This document shows positions 53,737 to 63,766 of a stretch of DNA of 64,000 nt, one piece after another. This DNA comes from Candidatus Saccharimonadota bacterium (GTDB lineage Bacteria > Patescibacteriota > Saccharimonadia > Saccharimonadales > Saccharimonadaceae). Each line of letters starts with the position of its first letter. Within the stretch, counting starts at the first letter, position 1. The notes below the pieces were generated by a model, which was given only the letters and a program-made list of their open reading frames with translations, made no database searches and was not told the origin of the DNA. The stretch lies in assembly GCA_905372785.1 (NCBI GenBank), contig CAJPQG010000002.1, positions 57,166 to 121,165 on the forward strand, read 5' to 3'. The position numbers and the translations under genes were made by a program.

Positions 53737-54657
53737 CTATCCTTTCTTTATATTCTCTGTTAACGTGACGGTATCCCCCACGCGGGCATCGCGCGTCGTG
53801 CGGAGGTTGGTGACAATATAGCCAATTTCCCCAGTCTCTAGCGCAGGATCGGGCTGCATACCGGGGCTTAAGTGGCCCACCTCGAGCGCCAGGCCGTGCG
53901 CCCCAGTAGCCATCATCGTAATATCGGCCCCTTTTGGAATATTGCCATCCACAACTCGCACGTACAGGATGACGCCGCGGTAATCATCATAATAACTATC
54001 AAAAATCAAAGCTCGCGTCGGGACTATAGCAACTCTGCCATCTAGCTGAGCGGCCTGCTCTGCTAGTGGTGAAACTGGCGCCGGAATACGCTCCACAATA
54101 GCCTGAAGCACCTGCGGTACATTATGGCCAGTTTTAGCTGAAATATGAATAATCTCATCTTCGCTGCACCCCAGCAGATTCATCACCTGCAGGCTAACGC
54201 GTGGCACATCTGCCGCTGGTAAATCCACCTTGTTAAGCACTGGAATAATTACTAAATCCTGCTCCATGGCAAGATATACATTAGCGAGCGTTTGCGCCTG
54301 GATACCCTGGCTGGCGTCCACCACAAGCACCGCACCCTCACAGGCCTGCAGGCTGCGCGATACTTCATAGCTAAAGTCCACGTGCCCTGGTGTATCAATG
54401 AGGTTAAGATCGTACATCCCCACCTCGGCCAGGCTGGCAGCAGTAGGTTCAGGCACGTAATTATACTGCATCCGCACCGGCGCAAGCTTAATTGTAATAC
54501 CCTTTTCACGCTCTAACTCCATACTGTCTAGCAGCTGCTGCTTCATATCACGCGTGGTAACTGTTCCGGTTAGCTCCATCATGCGGTCAGCCAAGGTGCT
54601 TTTACCGTGGTCGATATGGGCAATAATACAGAAATTACGAATGTGGTTTTTCATCAT
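53737..54657 (-). CDS. lepA: N-terminal half of EF4/LepA (GTPase domain + domain II) as a stand-alone ORF
   Basis: GTPase motifs are [26 protein letters not shown] and NKVDLP. The ORF ends ..[16 protein letters not shown]. Confidence 0.9.
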   Translation of the reverse strand: MMKNHIRNFCIIAHIDHGKSTLADRMMELTGTVTTRDMKQQLLDSMELEREKGITIKLAPVRMQYNYVPEPTAASLAEVGMYDLNLIDTPGHVDFSYEVSRSLQACEGAVLVVDASQGIQAQTLANVYLAMEQDLVIIPVLNKVDLPAADVPRVSLQVMNLLGCSEDEIIHISAKTGHNVPQVLQAIVERIPAPVSPLAEQAAQLDGRVAIVPTRALIFDSYYDDYRGVILYVRVVDGNIPKGADITMMATGAHGLALEVGHLSPGMQPDPALETGEIGYIVTNLRTTRDARVGDTVTLTENIKKG

Positions 54658-56310
54658 TTATCGCTTATTATACCATGATTTAAACAGGATGCCGCGCACC
54701 TTATCGATCACTGGATCTGCTTCACTGAGGCGCAGCCACTTTGAAATACCAACATATGCCGCAAAACTACCAAGGCTAATCACCATGAACTTTGGCAGTG
54801 CCGCAAAGAAACTATTATCAGCGTTCTGTAGTGGCAACAGTATCACTAATACATAGGCAACTACGCCCATAATGGCCGTAGCAAGCAACATGCGCAATGT
54901 GGCCCGAATGAACCGAAAATCAAATAGATTACCGATGCGCCGGTTGATTAGCACAAAGAGTAACACCACTTCCACCGCGGCAACCGTACTCTGAGCCACA
55001 GCCAGCCCATAAGCTCCCATGCGCAACCCCATGCCAAGCCAAATTGCCAAAATAACGTTCAGCGCAATAGCTACAATTGAGGTATATAGCGGTGTTTTTG
55101 TATCCTGCTGCGCGTAAAAGGCACGTGAGGCAATGTGGTACACCGAGCGGAAAAAGACAGCAATAGCCAGCATGCCTAAAATACCCGCCATCAGCGCATC
55201 ACCACCATTACGAATAAAGTGTACTAGGTACCCACGAGTAAAGAAAATTAGCATCGAAACCGGCAAAGCCAGCCAAATAATCACCCGAATCACGCTGGCT
55301 AGCTCTCGGCGGAAATCGTCAGTCTTCCCTTTACCTAGCGACTCCGTCATGCTTGGAAAGGCCGCACTAGAAATCGCCACACCAATAAGGTTAATTGGGA
55401 ATAAATGTAGCGTTAGCGCCTGCTGATAAGCTCGAATTGTACCATCGGCCATACGAGAAGCTAGGTTGATTTCTACCAAAGTCACCACGTAGTCCATACC
55501 CTGGTCGATTGAGCGCGGTGGCAACAGCTTCAGCACTTGCAAAAAGCCCTTGTTGCGCCAATAAATCTTAAAGTCGTAGTCCATACCAAGACCAATCAGA
55601 CCGGCCGAACTAACCAGCAGCTGCAGCACGGCGCCGAGCACCACACCAAGCGCGACACCCATGATACCGCCGCCGAAGATCTCCCAGCCAAACAGATTAA
55701 TACCATTTGTGAACCACAAAATACCGACGATAATACCCAAGTTGTACAAAATCGGCGCTAAAGCGTAGAATGTAAACCGCCCCACAGCCTGCTGAATGCT
55801 GGCAATCACTGTTGCAATCGCAAACAAAAATGGGTTCACCGCAATCACACGCATCATACTAATTGCCAGCCCAGTACCTGATTCTCCTAAGCCGGGTGCG
55901 ATAATATAACGAACAATTGGCTCAGCAAAGATGATAATTAACACGCTAGCAATTAAGGTAATCAGCGCCATAAAGTTAATCATGCTAGTAGAAATTTGCC
56001 AGGCAGATTTTTTATTACGGCGCGCTAGCCGTTCGTTAAACACAGGAATAAAAGTAACGCTTAAGGCACCAGACACCAGGATAAAGTACATGAAATCGGG
56101 CACCGTAAAGGCTGCTGTGTATGCATCCAGCCCAACAGGGTAGCCAGCTAACCCCATGTCTTTATTTGGCATATATGCACTGTTTAGCAGGCGATCTCGG
56201 AAAAATCCCATTAGGCTAGAAATAATCGTTGAACTAGCCAGTAGAATAGCGGCTACTTTGATGCTGAGCCGCTTATTCGCAAAGGATACAACGCGTTTCA
56301 TTCGATTCAT
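54658..56310 (-). CDS. murJ: Lipid II flippase MurJ
   Basis: It is a 14-TM MOP-family protein. The N-terminal LMGFFRDRLLNSAY and the overall profile are typical of MurJ. Confidence 0.85.
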   Translation of the reverse strand: MNRMKRVVSFANKRLSIKVAAILLASSTIISSLMGFFRDRLLNSAYMPNKDMGLAGYPVGLDAYTAAFTVPDFMYFILVSGALSVTFIPVFNERLARRNKKSAWQISTSMINFMALITLIASVLIIIFAEPIVRYIIAPGLGESGTGLAISMMRVIAVNPFLFAIATVIASIQQAVGRFTFYALAPILYNLGIIVGILWFTNGINLFGWEIFGGGIMGVALGVVLGAVLQLLVSSAGLIGLGMDYDFKIYWRNKGFLQVLKLLPPRSIDQGMDYVVTLVEINLASRMADGTIRAYQQALTLHLFPINLIGVAISSAAFPSMTESLGKGKTDDFRRELASVIRVIIWLALPVSMLIFFTRGYLVHFIRNGGDALMAGILGMLAIAVFFRSVYHIASRAFYAQQDTKTPLYTSIVAIALNVILAIWLGMGLRMGAYGLAVAQSTVAAVEVVLLFVLINRRIGNLFDFRFIRATLRMLLATAIMGVVAYVLVILLPLQNADNSFFAALPKFMVISLGSFAAYVGISKWLRLSEADPVIDKVRGILFKSWYNKR

Positions 56311-56331
56311 GGCGAGGTTCCTCTAATTCAC

Positions 56332-58194
56332 TTACTGGTGCAAGCGTGCTGTCTTTGGCAATGTTGCGCCATCCAACACTTCATTTACACGTGTCTCTTC
56401 AATGGTTTCTTCTTCAAGCAGCACCTTAGCCAAAGCATCAAGCTTGTCTCGGTTTGCCTGCAATACTTCTTCAGCGCGGCGAGCCGCTTCTTGAATCAGA
56501 CCCTTGACTTCTTGGTCGATCTGCTCAGCAGTAGCGTCACTGTATGGCCGCTCGTGGGTAATTTTATCAAATACCATACCGCCATTATCTTCATGGAAAA
56601 CTTGATCACGCAGCTTGCTGCCCATTCCCTGCTCAATCACCATATCACGGGCAATTTCAGTTGCCTTGCGCAGGTCGCTACCTGCTCCGGTGGTAATACC
56701 ATCATCACCATAAATCAACTTTTCTGCAATGCGGCCGCCCATAGCTCGCGCCAGGATATCTTTAAACTCATACACGCTGGTATAACTTTTATCTTCTGGT
56801 GGCAAGAACCAGGTTACACCACCGGTGCCACCACGCGGGATAATCGTCACCTTGTGCACTGGATCAGAATCTGGAAGCACATGCCCAACAATAGCGTGAC
56901 CAGCCTCGTGGTACGCAGTCAGTTGCTTCTCTTTTTCATTCATCACCTTCGACTTGCGCTCTGGACCAATAGCAACCTTTTCAAACGCTTCGGTTAGGTC
57001 GTTATTGCTAATTTTCTTAGCGCTACGGCGCGCTGCGATAATAGCTGCCTCATTGGCAATATTTGCTAGATCTGCCCCGCTACTACCAGCAGTTTTGGCA
57101 GCTAATTTATCGATATTTACATCATCTTCCACTGGCTTCTTCTTGAAGTGCAGCTTTAAAATTGCCTCGCGGTCCTTGCGCTCTGGCAACATAATATTTG
57201 TGCGGCGATCGAAGCGGCCAGGACGCAACAGTGCCGGGTCAAGCACATCGGCACGGTTAGTTGCAGCAAGCACAATCACGTTCGTACCAGTTTCAAAACC
57301 ATCCATTTCTACCAAAATCTGGTTCAATGTTTGCTCACGCTCATCGTGGCCACCGCCCATACCGCTACCACGCTTACGGCCAACGGCATCGATTTCGTCG
57401 ATAAAGATAATTGCAGGAGCATTTTTCTTGGCCTTAGCGAACAAGTCACGTACGCGACTCGCACCAACACCGACAAACATCTCAACAAATTCAGAACCGC
57501 TAATGCTAAAGAATGGCACACCAGCCTCACCAGCAACAGCGCGAGCCATCATTGTTTTACCAGTACCAGGACTACCGACAAGTAGCACACCTTTTGGAAT
57601 CTTGGCACCAAGCGCCTCGTACTTCTTTGGGTGTTTTAGGAAATCTACCACCTCTTCAAGGTCTTGCTTGGCATTTTCATTACCAGCAATGTCACTAAAC
57701 AAGACTTTTTTCTTATCGAGGCCATAAAGCTTAGCCTTGCTCTTGCCAAAGCCCATCGCCTGGTTGTTCTGCCCCTGCGCCTGGCGCATCATAAACATAA
57801 AGAAGGCTACAATTAAGATAACAGGCACGATTACCATCGCCAGATTCCAGATATTATCGCCTGTGTTACTTACCTGGTTAACGGTTACCTTGGTAGTGTT
57901 GTGATTCAGCCCCTGCTCAAAAATACTACTACCCGGTTCTTTATATGAGCGCTCGGTTGGCTTTTGCTGATCTTTTTTAGTAATTAATAGCTCATTACCC
58001 TGAATGGTAATCTCCTGTACTTCGCCCTTGTTAGCCTGCGCAATGACATCAGAAAAACTAACTTGCTTTAAGCCACCCTGCTGGCGGGTAAGCGCAAAAA
58101 TACCGATACCGAGCCCGATAATAATGACCCAAAAAATAATATTACGAACTAAGTTCCCTTTTTTCTGTGGTTGCGGTTTTCGTGCCTTTGCCAT
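56332..58194 (-). CDS. ftsH: ATP-dependent zinc metalloprotease FtsH
   Basis: Motifs present are [17 protein letters not shown], the SRH region, and the HEAGH zinc site. Confidence 0.97.
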   Translation of the reverse strand: MAKARKPQPQKKGNLVRNIIFWVIIIGLGIGIFALTRQQGGLKQVSFSDVIAQANKGEVQEITIQGNELLITKKDQQKPTERSYKEPGSSIFEQGLNHNTTKVTVNQVSNTGDNIWNLAMVIVPVILIVAFFMFMMRQAQGQNNQAMGFGKSKAKLYGLDKKKVLFSDIAGNENAKQDLEEVVDFLKHPKKYEALGAKIPKGVLLVGSPGTGKTMMARAVAGEAGVPFFSISGSEFVEMFVGVGASRVRDLFAKAKKNAPAIIFIDEIDAVGRKRGSGMGGGHDEREQTLNQILVEMDGFETGTNVIVLAATNRADVLDPALLRPGRFDRRTNIMLPERKDREAILKLHFKKKPVEDDVNIDKLAAKTAGSSGADLANIANEAAIIAARRSAKKISNNDLTEAFEKVAIGPERKSKVMNEKEKQLTAYHEAGHAIVGHVLPDSDPVHKVTIIPRGGTGGVTWFLPPEDKSYTSVYEFKDILARAMGGRIAEKLIYGDDGITTGAGSDLRKATEIARDMVIEQGMGSKLRDQVFHEDNGGMVFDKITHERPYSDATAEQIDQEVKGLIQEAARRAEEVLQANRDKLDALAKVLLEEETIEETRVNEVLDGATLPKTARLHQ

Positions 58195-58290
58195 TCGGTC
58201 GTTATCCTCTTATATCTAACATATTAACTGTCTAATAAATACTCGTTCCTCTCATAATAGCACCTTTTGCCACTGTAGGGCTAGAGAAAG

Positions 58291-59304
58291 CTATTTGCCG
58301 GCCCTCGAGGCATCAGCCCGCTCAATACGCAACCACTCTTTTCCCAGCACAATCTGGCACTGCGGCGACACAATGTACCGCTTGCCAGTCCCTAGCGTTT
58401 TTACTGCAATAAGCGCCCGCTGCGCCTGTGGAATCGTCACCCGTTCGCCCTGGCGCAAAAGAAGTTCTCGAAGCAGCTCTGATCCCACCTCTTCAGGAGC
58501 CAGCAGCAGTATATATCGGTCAATTTGCGGGCCAGCCAATTGCGGCAACCGTAATAGACGCGCTACCTCATCATCAAAAGCCCGCCGCAACCGGCACTGG
58601 CGTTGCCATAGCTGCCATAGCTGCTGCGTGATGTTTTGGCGGTCTTCGGGCGGCATCACCGCAAGTGTGTGACGAATGCGGTTACGCAAATACTCATCGC
58701 TGGCATTTGTTTCATCTTCTCGATACACCAGCTGGTGGCGCGCTGCGTACTGGGTAATCTCTCTGCGCGACACCTGCAGTAGCGGCCGCCATACCGCTGT
58801 TAACGCCACCGGCCAGCCGCCCTCCGGCAAGCATAGCTCCCCACTGGTGTTCGTATAGCTATGTGTATCTGCCGCTTCTGGTAGCATTGGTGCCAACCCT
58901 CGCCAGCCAGTGCCGCGCCGCAGGTTAATTAGCATTGTTTCAACAACATCATCGCGGTGGTGGGCAGTCGCAATACGCCCATCATATTCAGCTGCAATTT
59001 GCCGCAAAAACTGATACCGCCCCTCACGTGCCTGAGCTTCGCTCGCCAGAGGACCCAGCCGCAGCGTCGCCTCACGGTACGATAGCCCATACCGCTGAGC
59101 TAACCGGCGCACGAACAGCGCATCATGATGAGAGCCCGGGCGTATGCCATGATTTACATGCGCCACCACAAGCCTTGGAGCAGCCTGCCCTGCACGCTGG
59201 CAATAGCGCTGCCGCCGCACCGCTATATCAAGTAGTACCGTTGAATCAAGGCCACCACTCACTGCTAGGACGACAGCGGCAGCTGGTTGAGGTTGCATTA
59301 TCAT
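58291..59304 (-). CDS. tilS: tRNA(Ile)-lysidine synthase TilS
   Basis: The PP-loop SGGLDS lies near the N-terminus. I chose the start MIMQPQP (59304) rather than the ORF-track start at 59421. Confidence 0.85.
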   Translation of the reverse strand: MIMQPQPAAAVVLAVSGGLDSTVLLDIAVRRQRYCQRAGQAAPRLVVAHVNHGIRPGSHHDALFVRRLAQRYGLSYREATLRLGPLASEAQAREGRYQFLRQIAAEYDGRIATAHHRDDVVETMLINLRRGTGWRGLAPMLPEAADTHSYTNTSGELCLPEGGWPVALTAVWRPLLQVSRREITQYAARHQLVYREDETNASDEYLRNRIRHTLAVMPPEDRQNITQQLWQLWQRQCRLRRAFDDEVARLLRLPQLAGPQIDRYILLLAPEEVGSELLRELLLRQGERVTIPQAQRALIAVKTLGTGKRYIVSPQCQIVLGKEWLRIERADASRAGK

Positions 59305-59548
59305 ATCTCTACTGTAGCAGCCCACGCGACGCTTACAAAAGATTGTCGTAGCCGCTACTGCTGCTATAGCAACACCTGCCGCCATGTTGTGAGTATTACG
59401 TTGTACGGCCCATACCCACATGCTACAATGTAAGGTAACTTGCGCCCATCACTGGTGCAGCGAGCCACGGTCGGATACCCCGACTGGTACATTTACAACA
59501 AAGAGAGTTAACAATTATGCATAACCTTTATTCCGATGTAAAGGAAGT

Positions 59549-60358
59549 GTGATCGTGAATACTGAATACACCCCTGATTTGCTTGCCTTTGCAGACGGAG
59601 AGACAATTACAGATGAAGAGCGTACGCGCTTCAAAAAACTAGTAGATGGGTCTTACGCTCGGCTTAAGCTAAAGTCTGATTATAACGAGAGTGAAGAGAA
59701 CGAGTATCTCGAACGTGAACATCTTACTCTGGCACCCCCAAGTGTATGCAAAAACCCGTCCAAACTGTATGTCCTACGCGTTAAGGATTATACTACGGAT
59801 AGCTTTTTGGAAAGCCCCGGTTATATAGTAATACGTGAGCAAGAATCTCCAGTGCTGCTATTATTAGCAAGCAGTCTTGCCTCACTTCACCAATATACAG
59901 GTGCTTTTTTTGTATCAGTATATAAGTATATTACTTATGCCTGGGCATCTCTGGCACGCGAAGCCAAGTGCGCCACGCTTTCTACTACCGCCATAATAGT
60001 GGACGTGCCACTAGACGATAAGCTTGCCTATTTCTTGGCTGCGCTCGAGGTGGCAGTAGGAGCACCAGGCACGACAGTAGAAAAGCAAGGTCTACTAGGA
60101 AGCGCACAAGATCCCAAGCTATCTATCAGGTATGGATTCGGTGATGACGAGAATCTAACGGCAGTCCAACGACTACGTTTAGCCGTAGGAGTGATTGCCT
60201 TTTTTGGTAAGAGCACTGACCTAGAGCGCATCGACAAGTACCGCACAAACGCAGAGATGCCTCTTGCAAGGGCTATGGCAATTGTTGCTCCACCACGCCC
60301 CACCCCACGCAAGAAGACTGGCTTTCTCGGCTTTCTCGGACGCCTATTCGGCTGGTAA
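59549..60358 (+). CDS. Hypothetical protein ending in a MinD-like amphipathic membrane-targeting helix
   Basis: The C-terminus reads RKKTGFLGFLGRLFGW*. The body has no recognisable domain. The start could be the GTG at 59549 or the one at 59555. Confidence 0.5.
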   Translation: MIVNTEYTPDLLAFADGETITDEERTRFKKLVDGSYARLKLKSDYNESEENEYLEREHLTLAPPSVCKNPSKLYVLRVKDYTTDSFLESPGYIVIREQESPVLLLLASSLASLHQYTGAFFVSVYKYITYAWASLAREAKCATLSTTAIIVDVPLDDKLAYFLAALEVAVGAPGTTVEKQGLLGSAQDPKLSIRYGFGDDENLTAVQRLRLAVGVIAFFGKSTDLERIDKYRTNAEMPLARAMAIVAPPRPTPRKKTGFLGFLGRLFGW

Positions 60359-60496
60359 TTGTCACTGACTAGGAGAGCCTGATGGCTTCATTTACTACAC
60401 AGACACACCGAAAAAGACTCCTTGCAAGGCATGGGGTCTTTTTCTTTTTTGGCACTTTTCTTTATGCGCCGTGCATGTTATACTAAAAACCACTTT

Positions 60497-60573
60497 GGCA
60501 CTGTAGCTCAGTTGGTTAGAGCGTAGGACTCATAAGCCTAAGGTCACTGGTTCGATCCCAGTCAGTGCTACCA
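60497..60573 (+). tRNA. tRNA with anticodon CAT (elongator Met or lysidine-dependent Ile2), CCA encoded
   Basis: The sequence reads ggcactgtagctcagttggttagagc..taggaCTCATAAgccta..GGTTCGATCCC..cagtgctACCA. It is not initiator-like: positions 1-72 are paired and there is no GGG/CCC anticodon stem. Confidence 0.88.
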
Positions 60574-60586
60574 AATTATGCACATT

Positions 60587-60612
60587 CCCCAGCAGTATTG
60601 ACTGGGGTTTTT
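60587..60612 (+). terminator. Rho-independent terminator after tRNA-CAT
   Basis: The hairpin is ccccag/..../ctgggg, followed by TTTTT. Confidence 0.5.
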
Positions 60613-60713
60613 ATTATGCACTATTACTTCTTGCAATAGCGAGCGCTTATTGCATTGCTACCTACAACTCGATATACTAGTGGCATATTATCTATTTAAG
60701 TGAGGTATTAACT

Positions 60714-61817
60714 ATGACAAAAGTAACGCCTACGAACAATAAGCCTGAACCAACTGAAACATCAGAGGAACAAGTAGTAAGCGAAACTGTTACCAAGAAC
60801 GAGGCTGGTCAGCAGGTTATCCGACGCGTAGTACGACGAACAGCACAAAACGAAAGCACAAGCGGCACAACTATTATTTTCCAAGTTTTGTCCTACATCG
60901 GTTGGGCGCTTGTTATTAGCGGGTTGCCTTGGCTTTTCGACACTGTTGTGCGCTTTTTTGTATTCAGCTCAAGCGAATATGTATCAGTCATCCCACACGT
61001 TGCAGCGACAGCCCTAGTGCTCGTGCCAGCAGCCTTCCTGCTAGACATGTTCTACCGCAAGCGTGAACAACTACATAAATCAGGTGGTGAGCTTGCTCTA
61101 TCGATCGTTGCGCTCGTCTTAACTGGCCTTGCTGGCCTGCCAAGCCTCATTTACGCCTTCACTCAATTCTTCTACTTTATCCTTGGTACCGGCGACCAAA
61201 CAGGTACTGAATATCTGGTGCGCAGCGGTACTGGCCTCTTCACCGTACTCATTCTTGCCGGATTCTTCCTCCGTACACTAAACCGCAAGAAGGCTACTCG
61301 ACTACCAAAACTATACTCGCTAACTATGCTTACTGTATCAGTTGCGCTAGTGTTAACTGCTGTCATCAGCCCAATCACTAACCGCCAGCAGCGTATTGAT
61401 GACCGCCTCATCGAAGTAGGAAACCAAGAGGTTATCCATGCTATCAAGAGCTACGCAAGGTCAAATGGCAAGCTCCCTGCTTCTTTAAAAGATATTGATA
61501 ATCGTGACAAAATGAGCTCTGAAGCACGGCAGCTACTTGACCAAAACTTACTTGAGTACAAACCAATAACAACCGACAACCCAAGCCCATCTTCAACATC
61601 AAGCTCATCACAATACGCTACCTTATCGTTTGAAGTGTGTGCAACCTTTAATACTAAAAATAAGCCCTACTTTTCATACAGCAGTAGTAGTAACAACCTA
61701 AAATCACATGATGCTGGACGAACCTGCACGCGAGACGAAATCTGGACACACGTGAAAGTTCCTAAAAAACCAGCTACCACGCCACAGACACAAGACAACA
61801 CAGGCGACGCATCATAA
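60714..61817 (+). CDS. Hypothetical polytopic membrane protein with a soluble C-terminal domain
   Basis: About 6 hydrophobic helices are followed by a soluble region containing IKSYARSNGKLPASLKDI, which is faintly pseudopilin-like. This is a by-eye call only. Confidence 0.55.
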   Translation: MTKVTPTNNKPEPTETSEEQVVSETVTKNEAGQQVIRRVVRRTAQNESTSGTTIIFQVLSYIGWALVISGLPWLFDTVVRFFVFSSSEYVSVIPHVAATALVLVPAAFLLDMFYRKREQLHKSGGELALSIVALVLTGLAGLPSLIYAFTQFFYFILGTGDQTGTEYLVRSGTGLFTVLILAGFFLRTLNRKKATRLPKLYSLTMLTVSVALVLTAVISPITNRQQRIDDRLIEVGNQEVIHAIKSYARSNGKLPASLKDIDNRDKMSSEARQLLDQNLLEYKPITTDNPSPSSTSSSSQYATLSFEVCATFNTKNKPYFSYSSSSNNLKSHDAGRTCTRDEIWTHVKVPKKPATTPQTQDNTGDAS

Positions 61818-61879
61818 TTTTACCAAATCAGTGAGACACTACGTCTCACTGATTTTCATTTTGCGCTCAGTTTAGTACA

Positions 61880-62911
61880 ATGAGGCGTATGAGGGGTGAA
61901 CATACAAAATACGACAAGCTAATACAAACTGATCGCGAGGCCTTCCGCGCCGAAGCAATGGCTGCGCTGCACGCCTTTGATATTGCCGACCGCACGATTG
62001 CTAGCAGCATGGAAACAGGCAAGATAACAATGGTTGACCTACTAAAAGCCTGGTACGAACAATTGCAGCCGCTACTTTCCGACCTAGAAAAAGAGCGTAC
62101 CAGCCGTCGATTCCGCACCATGATTGGCCACCACCTGCAAGTGGATGAGCCGCGAGCACAAGAGGCGATCGACACCATGATACAAAATCGTAAACTTGAA
62201 CTTGTCAGCGGCGTGATCGATCGGCTATACGACGGGGAGCTACACAGCGAACAAGCCCGCCAGGCGGCTTGTACCTTTTTTGCGCAGCCAAGCGATTATA
62301 TCAATACCTTTACTGAACGGTATGGTAAATTCGTTGAAATTATGGAAGCTGCTGAAGCTCATAACGTTACGCTGCTCGACCCACACGGCAACTGGCTAGA
62401 GCGCGGCCGTGCGGCTATAGCGATTCACAATGAACGACAACACTTAATACAAGATGAAGACACAAGACTGGCAGATATTGATCAAGCGCTCAGAACACTT
62501 CAAGAACGTAGTAACCATCTGGTGCAGCGAATTGCAGACCACAACTGGAGCTTTGCTGATGTGCTTGCGCTGTATGAATCATATCAGCAGCAACTTGGTA
62601 GCCTTAAGCAAGTAACCGCCGTTTCCCCTACCGAGCAATTGGCCGTTTTTGAGCAAGTGGCTAAGCCATTTTTAGCTAAAGTCGCCCACAATGTTGGCTC
62701 ACTGAACCAACACACGAATCTGAAAGCAGCCAAGCAAGCTCGCGATGAAGCAGCCAACTTACTACTTGAAGTGTTCGATCTTTCACCAAGTGAACGCCGC
62801 CAACTCTTTTTAGATATTCAGAACTACATGAAACTCACTCGTGAACGTGACCTCATCCTTGTTGTGCAGCGCAATCGCGAGCAATTTCTCGCCAAACAGC
62901 GTGATGAATAG
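61880..62911 (+). CDS. Hypothetical all-helical / coiled-coil protein
   Basis: It is a clean 343-aa ORF with no recognisable motif. Confidence 0.5.
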   Translation: MRRMRGEHTKYDKLIQTDREAFRAEAMAALHAFDIADRTIASSMETGKITMVDLLKAWYEQLQPLLSDLEKERTSRRFRTMIGHHLQVDEPRAQEAIDTMIQNRKLELVSGVIDRLYDGELHSEQARQAACTFFAQPSDYINTFTERYGKFVEIMEAAEAHNVTLLDPHGNWLERGRAAIAIHNERQHLIQDEDTRLADIDQALRTLQERSNHLVQRIADHNWSFADVLALYESYQQQLGSLKQVTAVSPTEQLAVFEQVAKPFLAKVAHNVGSLNQHTNLKAAKQARDEAANLLLEVFDLSPSERRQLFLDIQNYMKLTRERDLILVVQRNREQFLAKQRDE

Positions 62912-62998
62912 CTAGACCAGTTTTGCCCCAAAAAACCAGTCTGGTGCACTACTTGCGACTATGCTATAACTAAACATAAGGATAATTTACACAGACAG

Positions 62999-63739
62999 AT
63001 GAACCAAACCGACCTATTTTCCCTATTGATCATATTGGTAGCTGCGCTGACTCATGCTAGCTACCAACTGAGCGTTAGTGTCCTTACGCTCCTGTCTGGT
63101 CATGCCCTGAGTCGCAAAGTAAGCCACCGCCGAGTTTGCGGCCTGGCTGGCAGTTACACACTGGGTGTGCTGCTCATGACACTACTACTTCTTTGTAGCC
63201 TGGTGTACACCGTAAGTTCATCGCTTGGCAATACTATACCGACCGCTGCCTGGGCTGCAGCAAGCGGCATAATTATCGGCCTTGGCCTCACCAGCTGGAT
63301 CTTCTATTTTCGTAAAAAAGCTGGTGCCAGCCTGTGGCTACCACGAGCATTTGCCGACTATCTTGGCCGCCGCGCCAAACGAACCCGCTCACTAGCCGAG
63401 AGCTTTAGCCTAGGCCTCAGTACTGCTTTGGCTGCAATATTATTTATTATTGGGCCACTGCTTGTTGCAGCGCTTGTTATCGCAACCACCAAACATAGCG
63501 TAATGTTACTTGCGCAACTTGCCGTGTATGTATTAATTACCGTAGCGCCGCTTGGGATTATTTGGTTGACGCTTGCTCGCAATAGCTCGCTAGCCACAGT
63601 GCAGCGCTGGCGCGAGAAACACAAATGGTTTTTGCAATTTATGGCCGGTACTGTACTAGTTGCGCTCGGTATTTATTTGTATGTCACTTATGTGCTGAGC
63701 GTAGAAGCCGTAACTACCAAAGGGATTGTCCATGTATAA
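62999..63739 (+). CDS. Hypothetical 6-TM membrane protein
   Basis: The hydrophobic helices are regular. The family was not identified. Confidence 0.5.
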   Translation: MNQTDLFSLLIILVAALTHASYQLSVSVLTLLSGHALSRKVSHRRVCGLAGSYTLGVLLMTLLLLCSLVYTVSSSLGNTIPTAAWAAASGIIIGLGLTSWIFYFRKKAGASLWLPRAFADYLGRRAKRTRSLAESFSLGLSTALAAILFIIGPLLVAALVIATTKHSVMLLAQLAVYVLITVAPLGIIWLTLARNSSLATVQRWREKHKWFLQFMAGTVLVALGIYLYVTYVLSVEAVTTKGIVHV

Positions 63740-63766
63740 CGTAACCTACCTGGAGGCACGTTGCTA

